Assembly (NCBI GenBank): GCA_963770565.1
Contig: CAVYQE010000001.1
Location: forward strand, 480,001-544,000
Source of the DNA: an uncultured Actinomycetota bacterium
GTDB taxonomy: Bacteria; Actinomycetota; Actinomycetes; JAFAQI01
DNA length: 64,000 bases
Direction of reading: 5' to 3'
The notes under the pieces are model-generated. The model did no database searches and was not told where the DNA came from. It saw only the letters and a list, made by a program, of their open reading frames with translations. Shown one piece after another: positions 61,883 through 64,000 of this stretch; positions within the stretch are counted from its first letter, which is position 1, and the number at the start of each line of letters is the position of its first letter. The position numbers and the translations under genes were made by a program.

Positions 61883-62042
61883 ACGAGATGCGACGGTCAC
61901 CTCCACAGCGGCATCGGCGGCCCGGGTTGTGCACATCGTGATCACGCCCGCGGCTCGACGCCCGGATTGCGGCGAGCCTCGGAAGCGTCCCGGCATCGCC
62001 GGGGTCCGCGCCGGTCGGCTGCCGGCGAGAAGGGAGTTGGCG

Positions 62043-62237
62043 ATGCGGCGAGTCTGGGCTGCGTTGCGCAGCCGTGCCCGCACAGTGTCCGACGCCGGAA
62101 TGTCAACGGCGGAGTACGCCGTCGGCACCGTGGCCGCCTGCGGCTTCGGCGCCCTGCTGTTCAAGATCCTCACCAGTGGCTTTGCGACCAGCTTGCTCGA
62201 GAGCATCATTTCTCGCGCGCTGCACCTCGGCTTGTGA
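62043..62237 (+). CDS. DUF4244 Flp-type pilin
   Basis: DAG|MSTAEYAVGTVAA class III signal. Confidence 0.9.
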   Translation: MRRVWAALRSRARTVSDAGMSTAEYAVGTVAACGFGALLFKILTSGFATSLLESIISRALHLGL

Positions 62238-62650
62238 CGAGTCGGTTCGGCCGGGTCGGGTCGGTAGTTGCCGGCCCGGCCGCGCCGCGTCGACTCGCGC
62301 GCGACGACGGAATGGTGACCGCCGAGTTTGCGGTGGCACTGCCGGCCTTCGTCGTCGTGGTCCTGCTCGCGCTCGGCGGCGTGGCGGTGATGACGGCGCA
62401 ACTTCGGTGCGTCGATGCGGCCGAGGCAGCGGCCCGAATGGCGGCGCGCGGTGACTCGGTTGCCCTCGTTCGTTCCACCGCGCTTGGTAGCGCACCCGGC
62501 GGCTCGACGCTCTCCGTGACGACGGCCGATGAGGTGGTGACGGCCACCGTGCAGGCGAACATTTCGTTGCCAGGACTGGCCAAACTGCTCCCTGGCATCA
62601 CCGTGCGAGCGCAGGTGTCAGACCCGCTCGAACCGGGTCCGCCCCAGTGA
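62234..62650 (+). CDS. TadE-like minor pilin
   Basis: DDG|MVTAEFAVALP, RCVDAAEAAAR. Confidence 0.88.
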   Translation: MTSRFGRVGSVVAGPAAPRRLARDDGMVTAEFAVALPAFVVVVLLALGGVAVMTAQLRCVDAAEAAARMAARGDSVALVRSTALGSAPGGSTLSVTTADEVVTATVQANISLPGLAKLLPGITVRAQVSDPLEPGPPQ

Positions 62651-63060
62651 CCCGCGACCAACGTGGCCGGACTCCCGATCGCGACGAGCGCGGGTTTGCG
62701 ACCGTTTGGGTGATCACCGCGATGGCCCTCGTCACGGTGATCACCGGGGTCGCGATCTGTTTCGGAGTGGCGCTCGTGCAGCAACGCCGAGCCGCCGCTG
62801 CGGCCGATGCAGCGGCACTTTCCGCAGCGCTGCTCGCCGTACAAGGTCCGACAGCGGCCTGCCAGTCGGGCACGGCGATCGGCCGGCGTGACGATGCGAG
62901 CATCACCCATTGCGAGTTGCGAGGCGCAGACGCCTACGTCGTGGTCGCGGTCCCGCTTCCGCCACCGATCAGGTGGTTGGGACCGGCCGTCGGCCGGGCC
63001 AGAGCCGGGCCGGCCGGCGAGGCGCCGACCTCATCCCCAGCACTCGCGGATGACCGCTGA
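62647..63060 (+). CDS. TadE/G-like protein (Rv3654c-like)
   Basis: DERG|FATVW, AADAAALSAA, ARAGP. Confidence 0.85.
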   Translation: MTRDQRGRTPDRDERGFATVWVITAMALVTVITGVAICFGVALVQQRRAAAAADAAALSAALLAVQGPTAACQSGTAIGRRDDASITHCELRGADAYVVVAVPLPPPIRWLGPAVGRARAGPAGEAPTSSPALADDR

Positions 63061-64000
63061 CAGCAGCCGCTGCGCGGCGGCCTTGTCGAGCGGCTCGTTG
63101 CCGTTGCCGCATTTCGGTGACTGCACACAGGACGGGCAGCCGGCCTCGCACTCGCATGCGGCGATGGCGTCGCGGGTCGCGGTCAGCCATTGCTCGGCCC
63201 GGTGAAAGGCGCGCTCGGCAAAGCCGGCCCCGCCGGCGTGCCCGTCGTACACGAAGACGGTCGGGAGCCCGGTGTCGGGGTGTAGTGCGGTCGAGACGCC
63301 GCCGACGTCCCACCGGTCGCAGGTCGCGACGAGCGGCAGCAGGCCGATCGATGCGTGTTCGGCGGCGTGGGCCGCGCCGGGCAGCTGCGCGGCGTCGATG
63401 CCGGCGTCGGCGAGCAGCTCATCGGTCACCGTCCACCAGGCGGAGGTGGTGCGCAGCTGGCGGGGTGGCAGGTCAAGTGGCTCCTCGCCCAGCACCTCGC
63501 CGGACCCGAGCCGGCGGCGCAGGAACGACACCACCTGCTGGGTGACATCGACCGTCCCGAGGTGAAGGGCCACCGGCCCTCGGTCGATGGACCGCGACGT
63601 AGCGACGATCGAGATGTCGGTGATGTCGCGGGCCGAGGTCGACCAGTCCGGCGTTGCCGGGTCGACAAGTGCGGTCGAGTCGTCGAGGTCGAGGGCGCGG
63701 ACCAGGAAGGTCTGGCCCTGGTGGAGATAGACCGCGCCGTCGTGCACGGTCGCATGGGACGCGGATGCGTCCACGGTCCCGAGCAGCCGCCCGGTGTCGG
63801 CCTCGCAGATCCTGACCGGTTCACCACCGGTGCCGCGCAGATCGGCCAGCGCGCTGGCGCGCTCGCGCCGGGTCCAGAACCACCCGGTCGGGCGTCGGCG
63901 CAGCAGCCCGGCAGCCACCAGCTCGTCGATCGCCGCGCTGGCCGCGGGTCCGAACAGCTCGACGTCGGCGTCGGTGAGCGGCAGCTCGGCCGCGGCGGCG
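63031..64000 (-). CDS. DEAD/DEAH helicase with DUF1998 (MrfA/SftH-like), 5' part beyond window
   Basis: HAAEHASIGLLP, CDRWDVGG, YDGHAGGAG, CEAGCPSCVQSPKC. Confidence 0.92.
   Translation of the reverse strand, partial: AAAAELPLTDADVELFGPAASAAIDELVAAGLLRRRPTGWFWTRRERASALADLRGTGGEPVRICEADTGRLLGTVDASASHATVHDGAVYLHQGQTFLVRALDLDDSTALVDPATPDWSTSARDITDISIVATSRSIDRGPVALHLGTVDVTQQVVSFLRRRLGSGEVLGEEPLDLPPRQLRTTSAWWTVTDELLADAGIDAAQLPGAAHAAEHASIGLLPLVATCDRWDVGGVSTALHPDTGLPTVFVYDGHAGGAGFAERAFHRAEQWLTATRDAIAACECEAGCPSCVQSPKCGNGNEPLDKAAAQRLLSAVIRECWG

Overview
High-GC actinobacterial chromosomal segment, mostly conserved core neighbourhoods: tadA-tRNA-Ser, ffs-dnaX-ybaB-recR-ask-asd, tRNA-Pro-ponA2-whiB4-ArsA pair-crp-nth-marP, and HAD-6C RNA-ssd-Tad pilus-DUF1998 helicase. 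Accessory parts include a WxL-like surface cluster, two c-di-AMP riboswitch-controlled cell-wall hydrolases, amtB, a PHO-box-preceded phosphoesterase fusion, a divergent sulfur-assimilation locus with a Cys leader peptide, tdh-kbl-fhs and a lipid-linked glycosylation cassette. Most striking: (1) an IS481-family element inserted at the 3' end of tRNA-Pro(CGG) with a 16-bp target duplication, whose right end carries a perfect 12-nt complement of the tRNA T-arm and a replacement terminator; (2) MIRU-like mini-ORF relays that keep operons translationally coupled through ATGA/GTGA overlaps; (3) an orphan tandem-duplicated r1t-type holin; (4) an RsiG-like c-di-GMP anti-sigma factor with one degenerate motif; (5) several families of small dispersed or tandem repeats. 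All assignments were made by eye from motifs and synteny; no searches were run.
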